Below, in pieces: positions 46,910 through 60,299 of a DNA stretch of 64,000 bases. This stretch comes from Squalus acanthias (Eukaryota), in contig CM059451.1 in assembly GCA_030390025.1 (NCBI GenBank), forward strand, positions 2,108,001 to 2,172,000, given 5' to 3'. How positions within the stretch are numbered: the stretch's first letter is position 1; each line of letters begins with the position of its first letter. The notes below the pieces were generated by a model that was given only the letters and a program-made list of their open reading frames with translations, did no database searches and was not told where the DNA came from. The position numbers were made by a program, and so were the translations under genes.

Positions 46910-47059
46910 AAAACAAATTCAACTAGATTAGTCAGACCCTCCATGCTGACTCTCTTTGATCAGCTCAAACGTGCCCAAATGCTCAGTCGCTCTGTCCCTG
47001 ATAGATTCCAGCAACCTCCCCACAACGCGACGTTAAACTGACAGATCTGTAATTTCCTG

Positions 47060-47920
47060 GGGGGAGAAATTCGGTATCGCCCCGTTTGGGGCGCAATTAT
47101 CAGCCGGGCGAAAGTTTAGCGCCTGGCGCTAATTATCGCCTCCGACTGCAAACTTGACTTCTATCGCCCCTGGAGATGATTGGAGCGCTAAATCAGGCGC
47201 TTCACACCTCTCTTAAGGCGCTAACGCCGAGGAGCGAGGCGCTACCTCAGAGCGCTGGCGAAGCTCATGTGATGTCAGTCAGCAATGGAACACAGACACA
47301 CTGGCACCGGCCAGTTCTTAAAGGGGAGGGTTGATCTTGCTCTCCATCCACACCCTGCTCATTGCAGCCTTGAATCTCGGCCTGGAGAGACCTGTACATC
47401 AAATCTGCTGGAAAGAACAATGGAGAGGCCCAGGGAAAGAGCTCAGAGTGCAGCCCCCATAGGCTCTTCTAAATCGATGCAAGGAAGGTCAAATCAAACT
47501 GAACCTGTAAAGTGATGCTCAGTACCCAAAACTCCTTCACACAGCGTTGAATCTCTCCAGATGTCTCTCCCTCTCTCTCTCAGAGTGCCTGGTGCAAAAA
47601 TGTCGCCGACAAAAAAAGGCAGGAAGCGGTCACCTTTAAATAGCGCTCCCCCAGTCCCTTCCCGACTGCAACCTGTCGTTGCAGGCGGTAAGGCAGAGGA
47701 TGCCACTCAATATCCGGTCCGGGGCGTTACCGGGACGTTGCACGCTGGACTGACGTCACGATCTGCCGGCGCAGGAGATCGTGGCGGTAGTGTTAACCGC
47801 CGCCGCAAAATGTCTGGTCAATTTCGCGAGCAGCGCAAACATTGCAGCGCCCGGGCGCTAGTTGCTTTGCGCCCTCTTACGGCGCTAACGGGAGGCGCAA
47901 AGCAACCGAATTTTTTCCCC
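47060..47920. mobile_element. Non-autonomous PIF/Harbinger element (family B)
   Basis: TIR gggggagaaattcgg/ccgaattttttcccc; perfect TSD CTG; interrupts CR1 codons. Confidence 0.9.
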
Positions 47921-48924
47921 CTGGTTTCTCCCTCCCTCCTGTCTTAAATAATGGAGTGAGATTTGCAATCTTCCAATCTCAAGGAGAGGAGGGGAGAAAA
48001 GAGAAAGAAGCAGGAAGCCCCCAAAAATTCACATAGATGGACTCTAGGACCCTGGGGAATATCCTCATACAGCTGGGACTGGGCTCTGATTCATTTTAAG
48101 ACGTTCTTGGGGATAGAGAGGGCACGAGAGGCCGTATTTATTGTCCATCCATCGTTGTCCTGAGGGGATTAAGGGGGTAGATTTTCGACTTGCTGCCTGG
48201 GGGGAGGAGGGGTTCAAACAGCATAATGGAAATGAAACTAATTTGCAGGGTTATGGGGAAAAAGCTGGGGTGTGGGACTAATTGGAGAGCTCTTTCAAAG
48301 AGCCGGCACAGGCAGGACGGGCCGAATGGCCTCCTTTTGTGCCGTAAGATTCCATTTTATGATCTATGGAACTGGGCACACTCTCCAGCCATTTCTGCCT
48401 TGTCCAACTACATGATCTAAGTCCTCTGGCTTCGGGTCCCTCTCGTGCCGGGGGCCTGCAGCAGCGGGTGGGAATCGCACGGGGAGGCAGTGAGGTGCTG
48501 GCTTTGCCCAGCCTGCGTTGGCTGCTGTTCCACACCTACCACAAAAACCCCCCCAGAAAAGGAACATATGTTACAATGCTGCCTGCAAGACCTCCCTTCA
48601 AATAGTGCTTGCTTTGCAAGATGCCTTGTGTCACGGTTTTATGCTCCATGGCGTGACCGGGTGAGTGAATGCGTAGAGGGGGACAAAGAGGAGCACAAGA
48701 GGCAGGAGGATTTTATCCATGAGCATAGGAAAGGCGGCTGGCTTCACCCTCTCTCCTCCGCCCTCACCCCTCACTCCGACTCCAGCCTCTGTGTGTGGAT
48801 AACTGAACATGCATCATGCGGCTAGGCTGGGCTGGAAGGATATGCTGTGTGAAGGGCCTTGAAGATTGCGACAAGCGTTTCAATTGTAAGTTGCAGATTG
48901 AATATGTGCCATGCTGCCTATGGC

Positions 48925-51030
48925 TGTGAATGGCAAGCATTCAAAGAACAGAATTTGTTCATCCCTGTTTGGCATAAAAATAAAACAAAAAAGGTGACTC
49001 AACCGTGGCTAACAAGGGAAATTAGGGATAGCATAAGATCCAAGGAGAGGACATATAAATTGGCCAGAAAAAGCAGCAAACCTGAGGATTGGGAACAGTT
49101 TAGGATTCAGCAAAAGAGGACAAAGGGATTAATTAAGAGGGGGGAAATAGATTATGAGAGTAAGCTTTCAGGGAACATAAAAACTGACTGTAAAAGCTTC
49201 TATAGATATGTGAAGAGAAAAAGATTGGCGAAGTCAAGCGTAGGTCCCTTGCAGTCAGAATCAGGAGAATTTATAATGGGGAACAAAGAAATGGCAGGCC
49301 AATTAAATACATACTTTGGTTCTATCTTCACAAAGGAGGACACAAATAACCTCCCAGAGATGTCGGGGAACATAGGGTCTAATGAGAGGGAGGAACTGAA
49401 TGAAATCATTATTTGTAGGGAAATAGTGTTAGGGAAATTGACGGGATTGAAGGCCAATAAATTCCCAGGGCCTGATAATCTACATCCTAGGGTACTTAAG
49501 GAAGTGGCCCGAGAAATAGTAGATGCATTGCTGGTCATCTTCCAAAATTATATAGACTCTGGAACAGTCCCCATGGATTGGAGGGTAGCTAATGTAACCC
49601 CACTATTTAAAAAAGGTGGTAGAGAGAAAACGGGGAATTATAGACCGGTAAGCCTGAAGTGGGGAAGATGCTAGAGTCCATTATAAAAGATGTAATAGCA
49701 GAGCACTTGGAAAACAGTGACAGGATCGGACAAAGTCAACATGGATTTACAAAAGGTAAATCATGCTTGACTAATCTACTGGAATTTTTTGAGGATGTAA
49801 CTGGTAGAATAGATAAGGGAGAACCAGTGGATGTGGTGTATTTGGACTTTCAGAAGGCTTTCGATAAGGTCCCGCATAAGAGATTAGCGTGCAAAGTTAA
49901 AGCACATGGGATTGAGGGTAAGGTACTAACTTGGATAGAGAACTGGTTGGCAGACAGGAAGCAAAGAGTTGGAATAAACGGGTCTTTTTCCGAGTGGCAG
50001 GCAGTGACTAGTGGGGTACCGCAGGGATCAGTGCTAGGACTCCAGTTATTCACAATATATATTAATGACCTAGACGAGGGAACTAGATGTAATATCTCCA
50101 AGTTTGCAGACGACACAAAGCTGGGTGGGCGTGTGTGCTGTGAGGAGGATGCAGAGAAACTCCAGTATGATCTGGACAGGTTGAGTGATTGGGCAAATGC
50201 ATGGCAGATGCAGTATAATGTGGATAAATGCGAGGTTATCCACTTTGGTGGCAAAAACAGGAAGGCAGATTATTATCTGAACGGCAATAGATTGGGAAAA
50301 GGGGAAGTGCAACGAGACCTGGGTGTCCTTGTGCACCAGTTGCTGAAGGTAAGCATGCAGGTGCAGCAGGCGGTTAAGAAGGCAAATGGTATGTTGGCCT
50401 TCATAGCGAGAGGATTCGAGTACAGGAGCAAGGATGTCTTGCTGCAGTTGTACAGGGCCTTGATGAGACCACACCTTGAGTATTGTATGCAGTTTTGGTC
50501 GCCTTATCTGAGGAAGGATGTTCTTGCCATGGAGGGAGTGCAGCGAAGATTCACCAGACTGATACCTGGGATGGCAGGAATGACGTATGAAGAGAGATTG
50601 GGTCGATTGGGCTTGTATTCACTAGAGTTTAGAAGAATGAGAGGGGATCTCATTGAAACTTATAAAATTCTAACAGGACTAGACAGACAAGATGCAGGAA
50701 GGATGTTCCCGATGGCGGGGGAGTCCAGAACTAGGGGTCACAGTCTAAGGATAAGGGGTAAGCCATTTAGGACTGAGATGAGGAGGAATTTCTTCACCCA
50801 GAGTGGTGAACCTGTGGAATTCTCTACCACAGAAGGCAGTTGAGTCCAATTCATTAAATATATTCAAGAAGGAGTTGGATATATTTCTTAAGGCTAAGGG
50901 GATCAAGGGATATGGGGAGAAAGCAGGGACAGGGTACTGAATTTGGATGATCAGCCATGATCGCATTGAATGGCGGAGCAGGCTCGAGGGGCTGAATGGC
51001 CTACTCCTGCTCCTATCTTCTATGTTTCCA
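48925..51030 (+). mobile_element. 5'-truncated CR1 LINE (ORF2 RT, frameshifted)
   Basis: ORFs 48859-49674 and 49659-50843 with GVPQGSVLG and KFADDTK; type A tail. Confidence 0.93.
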
Positions 51031-51349
51031 TAAACGCCGGCATGGACCAGTTGGGCCGAATGGCCTGTTTCTGTGCTGTAAATGCGATGGAATTCTATGT
51101 GACGTAGTGAGAGGTAGAATTCCAACTCCCCAACTGAATGATTCAGATTTAAATCCCAAGCTCCCGATTACTGGGTAATAGAACTCCAAGTTACAGGCTC
51201 CCGAGGGTTCACTGCTCTCACAAATATTATTTCTGGAATAAAGAAAAAAGGAAACTGCAAAAAAAAATAACTGCAAGCACAGCAAAATTGCGGAGTTTTT
51301 GCAATTGAACGCACATGAATGGTGTAATCTGTATTGTATTACCGTGTCA

Positions 51350-51782
51350 AATAGATGATAAAGTGGGAGGCCTTTTCAAGCAGGCATGGGGGAATCAATT
51401 AGGAAATACACTATTAGGGCTGCAAAATAAGAAAATATGAGCCCTGGAGCACGGCCAAACAGGAAGAGGCAGCAATAAGAGAACATTTGAGTTTCTCCCA
51501 CATCCATACAGTGACAGCTGCCAAGGGTACAGAGAAACAGGAAACTGAAGGAACGGATTTAGTCCAGGGGACTGGCTATGACAATGAGGGGTGGGCTGTC
51601 GCAGCTTAATTCCTTTTTCTTTTCCTTTGGCTGTCTGTGTGCGTGTGTGTGTGTGTTTTTTTCTGTTGAGGTTGAGTCAGTTTGGAGAACAATCCTGGAC
51701 TATTGGCTTTGATATAGAACTGATTTGGATTTGTCTACTGTCACGGCATTCGAAAGGAAACCAAGAGCTGTCAAAGGTACGT
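51350..51782 (+). promoter_or_regulatory. Candidate endothelial-type promoter/enhancer with possible non-coding exon
   Basis: Unique sequence; AAACAGGAA twice (51457, 51535); TGAGTCA at 51673; AACAAT at 51688; donor AAG|GTACGT at 51776. Confidence 0.4.
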
Positions 51783-52304
51783 GTGGTGATCTAGCACTCG
51801 ATGCCAGTTAGCTGAATACGCTGTCTGTCACTAATCATTGTACTGGCGTGTGCGATTCTATCCTGTAACTATGAAATGTAGTCAAATGTTGATAATATTG
51901 CCCGATTTAGAGAGATAAATGATGTACTTTGTGGCGATATATAGACATGTTTCATAATCAAGGGTCTGATTGAAGTCCTCAACATGTACTCTGGGCAAGA
52001 GTAGTATTTACCAGGAACTTGCAGCTAACATGATTCACTTGATCTAAACTAACACAAGGGAGGTTGTCGATCCAGCTGGGTTTTTTTTCCTCAAAAGTGT
52101 GGGATGGAACGGTTCGTTTTTACTCTGAGCAGGGACCAGGGGGAAAGCGAGGAGGGCGTTGTGGGGGGGGGGGGTGGAATTCCGCTCCGTGCTGTGTGCG
52201 GCGACATGGTAACCGCCTTCGTTCTATATCGGTTGCCGATTCCCTTATGCGGGCAGCGCCGAGGAGATTTTCCTCTCTTCCCCCTCCCCGCCCCCGGGTG
52301 GCGG

Positions 52305-52695
52305 TTCCTTGAGAATAGTGGACTTCTAGAACAGGCTGCCAACTCGTGCGGTGGATGCCAATTCGCTGAATTCCTTCAAGCGCGAGCTGGACCTGATTCT
52401 GGCTGGAGCGGAGATCACCTCTTACAGAAGGTTGGTACTACAGGGAATTCAGGACCAGAGTGATCTCCTGGATTCGTTTCGATCGTCTAGATGGGTCGGA
52501 GAGGAATTTCCCAGCTTCATTTTCCCCTAAATTGGCCTGGGTTTTTTTAATCTGTTTTTTTTGGCCTCTCCCAGGAGATCACCTGGTTTGGGGTGGGGTG
52601 GAGCGCATCTATTGTGATACACAAGGTACCGCAATTGTGTGGGACAGGCTGGATGGACCAGATGGTCTTCACCCGTCCGTCGTTGTTCATGTGCC
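52305..52695 (+). mobile_element. CR1 3' end of a third family with a long 3' UTR
   Basis: FLRIVDF*NRLPTRAVDANSLNSFKRELD; tail gggacaggctggatggaccagatggtctt. Confidence 0.65.
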
Positions 52696-53484
52696 CGTAA
52701 TTGCCAAGGTGACCACCGGGGCCAAACCGCCCTGCGTGCGAAGCTGTCAATCAAACACCCAGCACGTCTGCCGACTTCCAAGGGGTGAATCTCACGGCGC
52801 CTCGGAAGTTCAGGCGCGCTCCGCCCGAAGGTTTGCCGACCATTCGTGGGCAGTGGCATCAGACTTTCTGATATGTGCTGCCCGCAGGCAAAGCGCCTCA
52901 CCAGGCGGGTATAGCTGGACAAGTACCCCGCCCCGAAAAGAGTCAACTTTCCAAGCTCGACGAAGGCAGAGATAAGCTTGTGGGTATCGACAATATAGAG
53001 ATTCATAAAAGGGGGGTCTTTAAACTTGGTTGATTTTTTTAAGTGGACCTCACCCCTCTGCTGAGGTTTCGGGTGCTATGTGGCATGTCCTGACCTAGAT
53101 GCCACCTTCTCAGTCCTCTGGCAGCGTTTGCCCGACGCTCGGCCGCTAGAACGCCTACGGGAACGTTATGGGTTGATCAGCCCTCGGATTTTCCCTCCTT
53201 CTCTCTCAGCAGGCCCCTTGTCTCTGCTTAGCAAATGCAGGTGAGGCTTGAAGCCAGGAACTGAGACAACATATTGCAGTGAATCACCGCTGGCACATCA
53301 GTGCCAGCCTGACCCACAAAACCGATTTAATATTTTCGAAGGCGTGGGCGATTTGCAGAACCCACGGGTGTGCTGATCGTGAGCTGTGCTATTTTTCCTC
53401 GTCGTCAAGGCATAAACATGGTTTGATCCCAGCCTCTCTTTAATAATATCATTGCTACACTTTCTTTCCTCCAGTTTCTTTCAG

Positions 53485-53890
53485 TTTAGAAGAATGAGAG
53501 GCGATCTGATTGAAGCATATAAGATTCTGAGGGGGCTCGACAAGGTAGATGCAGAGAGGATGTTTCCCCTCGTGGGGAAATCTAGAACTCGGGGGCATAG
53601 TTTCAGAATAAAGGGGTCGCCCATTTAAAACGGAGATGAGGAGGAATTTCTTCTCTCAGAGGGTCGTGAATCTTTGGAATTCTCTGCCCCAGAGAGCCGT
53701 GGAGGCTGGGTCATTGAATATATTTAAGGTGGAGATAGACAGATTTTTGAACAATAAGGGAGTGATGGGTTTTGGGGAGCGGGCAGGGAAATGGAGCTGA
53801 GCCCAAGATCAGATCAGCCACGATCTCATTAAATGGCGGCGCAGGCTCGAGGGGCCGAATGGCCTCCTCCTGTTCCTATTTCTTATGTTC
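53485..53890 (+). mobile_element. CR1 3' fragment (type A)
   Basis: FRRMRGDLIEAYKIL...; ttatgttc tail. Confidence 0.9.
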
Positions 53891-54254
53891 TCTCCTGATG
53901 GCACTGACTGCTAGCTGGGATATGGAGCCCTGGGAACCAGCAGCTCTTCCAGTACCTTGCCCTCGTGCTCATTCTTTACCTGCGGGCTCACGCCAGGCTG
54001 AAAATTCCTCCAGTCATTCCACTTATCGCACACTCTAGTTGTGGGTTAATGTGGTGGAATTTCAGGGGGCTGATTCTTCCCACTTTCATCCCTGCTCCCA
54101 AGTTTGCTTCCTGCGCGAAGTCGGTATTCAACGTAATAGCAGAGATTCTGTCCCCCAAGTCTCGATCAGCTCGGTAAGTCGGTGCTTGGCATCTCGAGCG
54201 CTATTCTTTGCCTCACATGTATGAAGAAACATTTAAAACTGGCACCGCGCCAGA

Positions 54255-54710
54255 AGAAGAAAAGAAAGAAAGACCTGCATTTCTATAGCGCCTTTCACAA
54301 CCACCGGACGTCTCAAAGCGCTTTACAGCCAATGACGTACTTTTGAAGTGTAGTCACTGTTGTAATGCAGGAAACGCGGCAGCCAATTTGCGCACAGCAA
54401 GCTCCCACAAACAGCACTGTGATAATGACCAGATCATCTGTTATTTTTTTGTTATGTTGATTGAGGGATAAATATTGGCCCCAGGACACCGGGGAGAACT
54501 CCCCCCTGCTCTTCTTCGAAATAGTGGCCGTGGGATCTTTTACGTCCACCTGAGAGAGCAGACGGGGCCTCGGTTTAACGTCTCATCCGAAAGACGGCAC
54601 CTCCGACAGTGCAGCGCTCCCTCAGCACTGCCCTGGGAGTGTCAGCCTGGATTCTGGGCTCGAGTCTCTGGAGTGGGACTTGAACCCACGACCTTCTGAC
54701 TCAGAGGCGA
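54255..54710 (-). mobile_element. SacSINE1-like SINE
   Basis: B-box, Deu core and tail. Confidence 0.88.
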
Positions 54711-54884
54711 AGCAACAGCGGGTTCTGTTTCGCTGGCATCAGAACAGCAACCGACCTAGCAATGAAGCACCTTGTTTGTGGTCGGGATATCATGGGGATC
54801 GGGGTTCAGTGGGACATTAGTGCTCCATTTGTCAGAGGAGCACTGGAAACAACAGCAAAGGGAAGTGGCTGAGGTAATTACATA

Positions 54885-55538
54885 GGAGGCTAAATTTGGT
54901 TGATTTGCGCCTCTCGTTAGCACCCTCTTAGGGCGCTAACGGGGCGCAAATCAACTAGCGCCTGGGCGCGGCACTGTTAACGCCTCCGGAAAAATTCAGC
55001 AGGAGGTTAGCAGCGGCGCTAACCGTTAGCGCCGCGCCACGTCATCGCTTTGTGCAGCGCCCCGACTGTAATATTGGGTGGAGCCCCCCGACTTACCGCC
55101 GGACGCTATGTCCGCCGGGGTCAGGAGGGCCGACCTGCGGCCGGGGCGGCGCTAGTTAAAGGGGAGGTGGCGGGCGGCCATTTTTGTTGCTTGCCGCCTG
55201 CCAGCACCTGCCCCCGTTGCTGTCCCCGGTCCCCGTGAAGCCCCCCCCCCCCCGTGGGGTGCTGGCTACACTCCGTGAGCCCGGCACTCCTCTTGAGTGC
55301 CAGGCTCGTTTGGCGGCACTCCCGATCCCTGGTGGCCCAGCTGGGCGCCGGGACGCGCCAGGCCCCTCCCCTTTAATAAGCGCCGTGATATTGGCTCTCA
55401 GTGCCCCAAGTGTGACGCGGGGCGCTTCCAGTAGCGCCCCTCCTCCCTCTCGGGGCGCTACCTGGGAAAATCGGCTGCGGGGGCGCTAACTTTTTCCTGG
55501 CGAAGGTAGTGCCCGGGGCGCTACCCAATTTTTACCCC
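54885..55538. mobile_element. Non-autonomous PIF/Harbinger element (family B-related)
   Basis: TIR ggaggctaaatttgg/ccaatttttacccc; TSD ATA; dense tagcgcc/ggcgcta motifs. Confidence 0.82.
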
Positions 55539-55825
55539 ATAGAGTCTACAGCACAGAAACAGGCCCGGGCCTGATCCAAGCCGATGTTTATAATCCACAC
55601 AATCCTCATGTGTTTATCTAGCTTCCCCTTAAATGTATCTGTGTTATTCGCCTCAACCACTCCCTGTGGTAGCGAGTTCCACATTCTCACCACTCTCTGG
55701 GTAAAGAAGTTTCTCCTGAATTCCTTATTGGATTTATTAGTGACTCTCTTATATTTATGGCCCTTAGTTTTGGACTCCCCCACAAGTGGTGACGTCTTCT
55801 CTACGTCCACCCTATCGAACCCCTG
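55539..55825 (-). mobile_element. CR1 3' fragment (type B)
   Basis: GFDRVDVEKTSPLVGESKTKGHKYKRVTNKSNKEFRRNFFTQRVV. Confidence 0.85.
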
Positions 55826-56859
55826 CATAAGGGATTGTATAAGTCCACCCTCTGCCAGTACCACGTGCAGCAGGTGTGTCATCCCAGATGGAGCTAGCTA
55901 AGACTACCAGTGGAGCAGTGTCTGAGGAATCAGTGTTGGAGGCAGTGCCAGGTCTGTGCCGTCTACTGTAAGATTGCCTGCAGACACTCTCAAGTCCTTG
56001 CAGCACAACCAGTGAAAATGAGAATGACCGCAGATGCCTTATTCTAATCTCATGGAGATACATCCAGTTCAGCATCAGGAGCAACAGCATCCACAGGGTA
56101 AGTTGGTTGCGGAAGGCCTGAAGCGTGCCGGTGGGCACTGTGCGCTCCCTCCCCAGGCCCACTCGGGCACGGCCAAGACCGCGGAAGATAGGCAGGCAGC
56201 CAGTGTGACTCTCCCTGCGTGCCGCGCCCATCCCGGACCTATAAATGGACACCTTTGCCAGGAGCAGAGCCACAGAAGGTCCTCCGACTTGCCCACACCC
56301 CTCTCCACACCGGTTGGCCAAAGATCTGGAACGTGGGGCTGAAGTTCAACCAAAGATTGAGGAGCAGCCCCCTCAATCATTGAACAGGTGGCACCTTCAT
56401 TTTACTTACTGATCTTTGTGGGTTTCTTCAAGTGTGACATCTTGCGGACAGGTCTAACAGGTGCGCAACAGAGCAGCCCCGGCATAACAAGTGCTTCCGG
56501 GTCAAATGCCCCTCTGTCCTATAGATCTTGGGTAAGTTCAGTGATCACCTGCTCCCAGAGAGGAACCTTGCTCAAACACAGCATGGGCCAATTCTGGCAC
56601 TACAGTGTCATAGCCCCACCTCCCACCCACTTTCCCTCCTCGCGAGTCTCGACATTCCCTCATTCCTTCCAGGAGAGGTCCGAGGACCCGGTCGTCAAAG
56701 CTACATTTCCTTGGAATTCTACGCTCCATGACCGCTCCCAAGTCCCTTTCAGAACAGCTGGATTCTGTTGATATGCACTGTTTATAAGACTGCAGAGGTT
56801 AGTTCGTGCTTTAAACATGCACTGACCAAGGTTGTTAAAGGGTGCAGATTTCATTGCAC

Positions 56860-57390
56860 TAAAAGCTAGTGGACAGGTACAAAAAATAATGAGAACGGTT
56901 AATGGAACGTTGGCCTTTATCTCAGGGCTGGAATACAAAGGGGAGGAGGTTCTGTTACAGCTGTACAGAGCTCTGGTTAGACCCCATCTGGACACTGCGT
57001 TCAGTTCCGGGCCCCGCACCTCAGGAAGGATATACTGGCCTTGGAGGGGGGGGCAGCACAGATTCACCAGAATGATACCGGGGCTAAAAGGGTTAATTTA
57101 TGAGGACAGGTTCCACAGACTAGGCTTGTGTTCCCTTGAGTATAGAAGATTAAGGGGTGAGCTAATTGAGGTGTTTAAGATGATTAAAGGATTCGATAGG
57201 GTAGATCGAGAGAAACTCTTTCCTTTGGTGGGGGGAGTCCAGAACAAGGGGGGTATAATCTTAAAGTTAGATCAGGGGTGATGTCAGGAAGTATTTCTTC
57301 ACACAAAGTGTCATGGAAATCTGGAACACTTTCTCCTCCAAAAAGCTGTTGAAGTTCGGGGGGGGGGGGGGTCAATTGAAAATTTCAATT
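56860..57390 (+). mobile_element. CR1 ORF2 C-terminal fragment
   Basis: LLQLYRALVRPHL...RRLRGELIEVFKMIKGFDRVD. Confidence 0.85.
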
Positions 57391-57959
57391 TGCTGAATAG
57401 CCCCCTCCCTCCCCCCACCCCGTAATGAAAGCGACTCTATATTATGAAAAACTCAGTTTACAGTGCTGATTATGAGTCACCGCGTTCAGGAGAGGAACTG
57501 AGAGAGAGAGAAAAATGTAGCAACACAAAAGGGGGAAAAAAAGCCTTTCTGGAGCAATTCCGCACCCTCCCCCGACCACCCACCCCCCCAACTCCCTCGC
57601 CTGAGCAGCTGATTGGAATGGATAAACAACTTACACAATGTACATTCATCATAATCTGTTGTGGCTCCTCTGCTCAGTAATTACAATATAACCGCTGTCT
57701 GTAGTGCAGCCCTGTCCTGTCCAATCTCTCTTCAACTCATTTGTCAAAATAACTGAGCCTTCAGTCGTAACAAATTCATCTTGATATCTTGTCACTCGCT
57801 ATTGTGGCGAAAGGGACATCTTACTTTCAGATTTGTCTTGTGCCTTTGTTAAGATATGACCCATCCACCGCCCCCACCCCCTTGCCCCCACCACCATCCC
57901 AAACCCCTCCTTCATACACTCATACTGACCCAGGAGCCAAAGTCTGTGATACCCGTCAC

Positions 57960-58250
57960 TGGACCAGTCTTTCGGATGAGACGTTCGACCGAGGCCCCCG
58001 TCTGCCCTCTCAGGCGGACGCGAAAGATCCCACGGCCAATCTTTCAAAGCGGAGCAGGGGAGATCTCACCGGGATCCTGGCCAACATGTAACCCTCGGCC
58101 AACATCACTAGAAACAGCTTTAATTGGCCGTTTATCTCATTTGTGTCTGTGGGAGCTTGCTGTGCGCAAATCAGCTGCCGTGTTTCCCTACATTACAACA
58201 GTGGCTACACGTCAGAAGTGCTTCATTGGCTGCACAGCGCTTTGGGAAGT
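57960..58250 (+). mobile_element. Diverged Deu SINE core
   Basis: gtctttcggatgagacgttcgaccgaggcccccgtctgccctctcagg. Confidence 0.8.
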
Positions 58251-58764
58251 AGTTTGGCGATTCTGATAAATTTGCTTCATTGAAGTACTTAATCCTACGT
58301 GCATAGACATATCGGGTGAAGCTGTCCTCCGGTTGCAATGTGCTGGCAATGTCATAAAGATAGCGGGAAGATTCCCTCTGGCCACCATTTCCAGTGACGT
58401 TGTAGTGACGTTTGGAACGCTTTTCCGCTATTGTCCAATTTTGTCTGCTAATCGCTCCCGTGAAGCGCCTTGGGACATTTTACTATGTTAAAGGCGCTGT
58501 ATAAATGCAAAGATGTTGTTGTTGTAGCAATAGTGAATGTGGGAAATGTCCCCGTTAAATCGACAATGTCATTAACAGATGCAGCTCCTCTTCCATTGGC
58601 GGTGCTCAAACTGCATTGAAAAAACGACCCACCGGCTGGGACTTTTCCATTTCAGTGCTTCTGGTGGGCCTGAGATCCCACTGGGGTTCTCCCACTCGGA
58701 GAGAGACCGGGGAAATCCCGCACAACTACGTAAATGGCCGCGACCAGGAGAATCCCAGCGCAAT

Positions 58765-59005
58765 TTACATCAGAGCATCGGACCAGGAGGAGGTCATTCA
58801 GCCCCTCGAGCCTGTTCCGCCATTCAATCAGATCGTGGCTGATCTGAATCTTAACTCCGTCTACCAGCTTTGGTTCCGTAACCCTTAATAACCTTATCCA
58901 ACATAAATCTATCAATCTCAGTTTTGAAATTTTCAATTGACCCCCAGCCTCAACAGCTTTTTGGGGGGGAGAGTTCCAGATTTCCACCGCCCTTTGTGTG
59001 AAGAA
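58765..59005 (-). mobile_element. CR1 3' fragment
   Basis: EIWNSPPQKAVEAGGQL; type A-like tail. Confidence 0.8.
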
Positions 59006-59409
59006 TTTCAGGGCCCCATATGTTGAAAGCTATTTATACTGCCCTGAACGTCCCTAAATTTACTGGGGCCATGTGGGATATCTCTCCTGTCGGGCTGGGC
59101 TCGGAAACATTAAGGAACTACTCAAACCTTTCTGCTGAAGCACAGACGCCTACAGTTACTTTCTTTTCGGTGCTGTTCAGCCACCAAGAATCCAGCTGCG
59201 CCTCCACGAAGTTCCCATGCCTGCGCGGCTCAACTCGGCCTCAAACCGAGCCAACAACAGCGCTGCTTCCGATCCAACAGAACCGGCCAGTGCTGGGTCT
59301 GATCAAATGTCGGGATCACAGAGTGCTGCTCCTCCACTGTTGGGGTTGCCCAGGTCATGTGAGAGACAATGAGGAGGAGCGTCATTACCATATGAGCTGG
59401 GAACGCAAA

Positions 59410-59735
59410 TCAACAACAACAACTTGCATTTATACAGCGCCTTTAACGTCGGAAAACGTCCCAAGGCGCGTCACAGAAGCGATTATCAACCAACATCTGA
59501 CACTGAGCCACATAAGGAGATATTACGACAGGTGACCAAAAGCTTGGTCAAAGAACGTCTTAAAGGAGGAGAGCCAGGTCGAGAGGCGGAGAGGTTTAGA
59601 GAGAGAATTTCAGAGCTTAGGGCCCAGGCAGCAGAAGGCACGGCCGCCAGTGGTGGAGCAAAGGAAATCGGGGATGTGCAAGAGGCCAGAATTGGAGGAA
59701 CGCAGAGATCTCAGAGGGTTGTGGGGCTGGAGGAC
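59410..59735 (-). mobile_element. L2-like LINE 3' fragment (short tail also at 58445-58525, plus strand)
   Basis: (caa)n cttgcatttatacagcgcctttaac... Confidence 0.82.
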
Positions 59736-60299
59736 GTTCCAGCGATCAATCCATCACAGAGACAGGAGATCCCATCGGCGTGGGCTGGAGTCAAATCCAA
59801 GTCACAAAGTTAAAAGCATGGGGCTGGATTTTCTCAGCCCCGAGGAGGTGGGTATGGAGGCGGGACTTGGATCAGGCCTGCAATTCCAGGCGACCTTAGC
59901 GGTCCCCCAATAGCTTCTAGTGTTGCTGCAGATCGAGCGGGAGCAGGGGCCCAGGCTGACTTTCCTCTGCCCGAATCCAGATGAGTTGGAGCCAATCGCC
60001 GTCCCCTCCAGCTTGTAACCAGCTGTTGCAATTGGCTGGCTCTAGCCTTTATTTTGCTGGGTTTGGTCGGGCTGGAAAATCATTCCAGTCAATGGAGGGA
60101 GCTGAATCAAAATCATAGATAAGAACGACAGCAATAATGAGGTTTCACTTCATAGCTTCTCAATCTCTCCCAAATATGGTCCTTTGATCTTCCCTGAAAC
60201 AGCTATCGCTGGTTTCCATGCCAACTTCTATTGAGTTATTATCTTATCGATACACTCCAAAGGGAGCCTGGGAAATGGTTTACTCTTAACATGAGGAGT

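Larger units (their letters stand above)
45225..47980 (-). mobile_element. Old CR1 RT relic broken by two nested insertions
   Basis: DWKIANLTPLFKTGGREKP|GNYRSVSLTS...FEEVSNMVDRGVPVDVVYIDSQKVFDKVPH. Confidence 0.75.
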
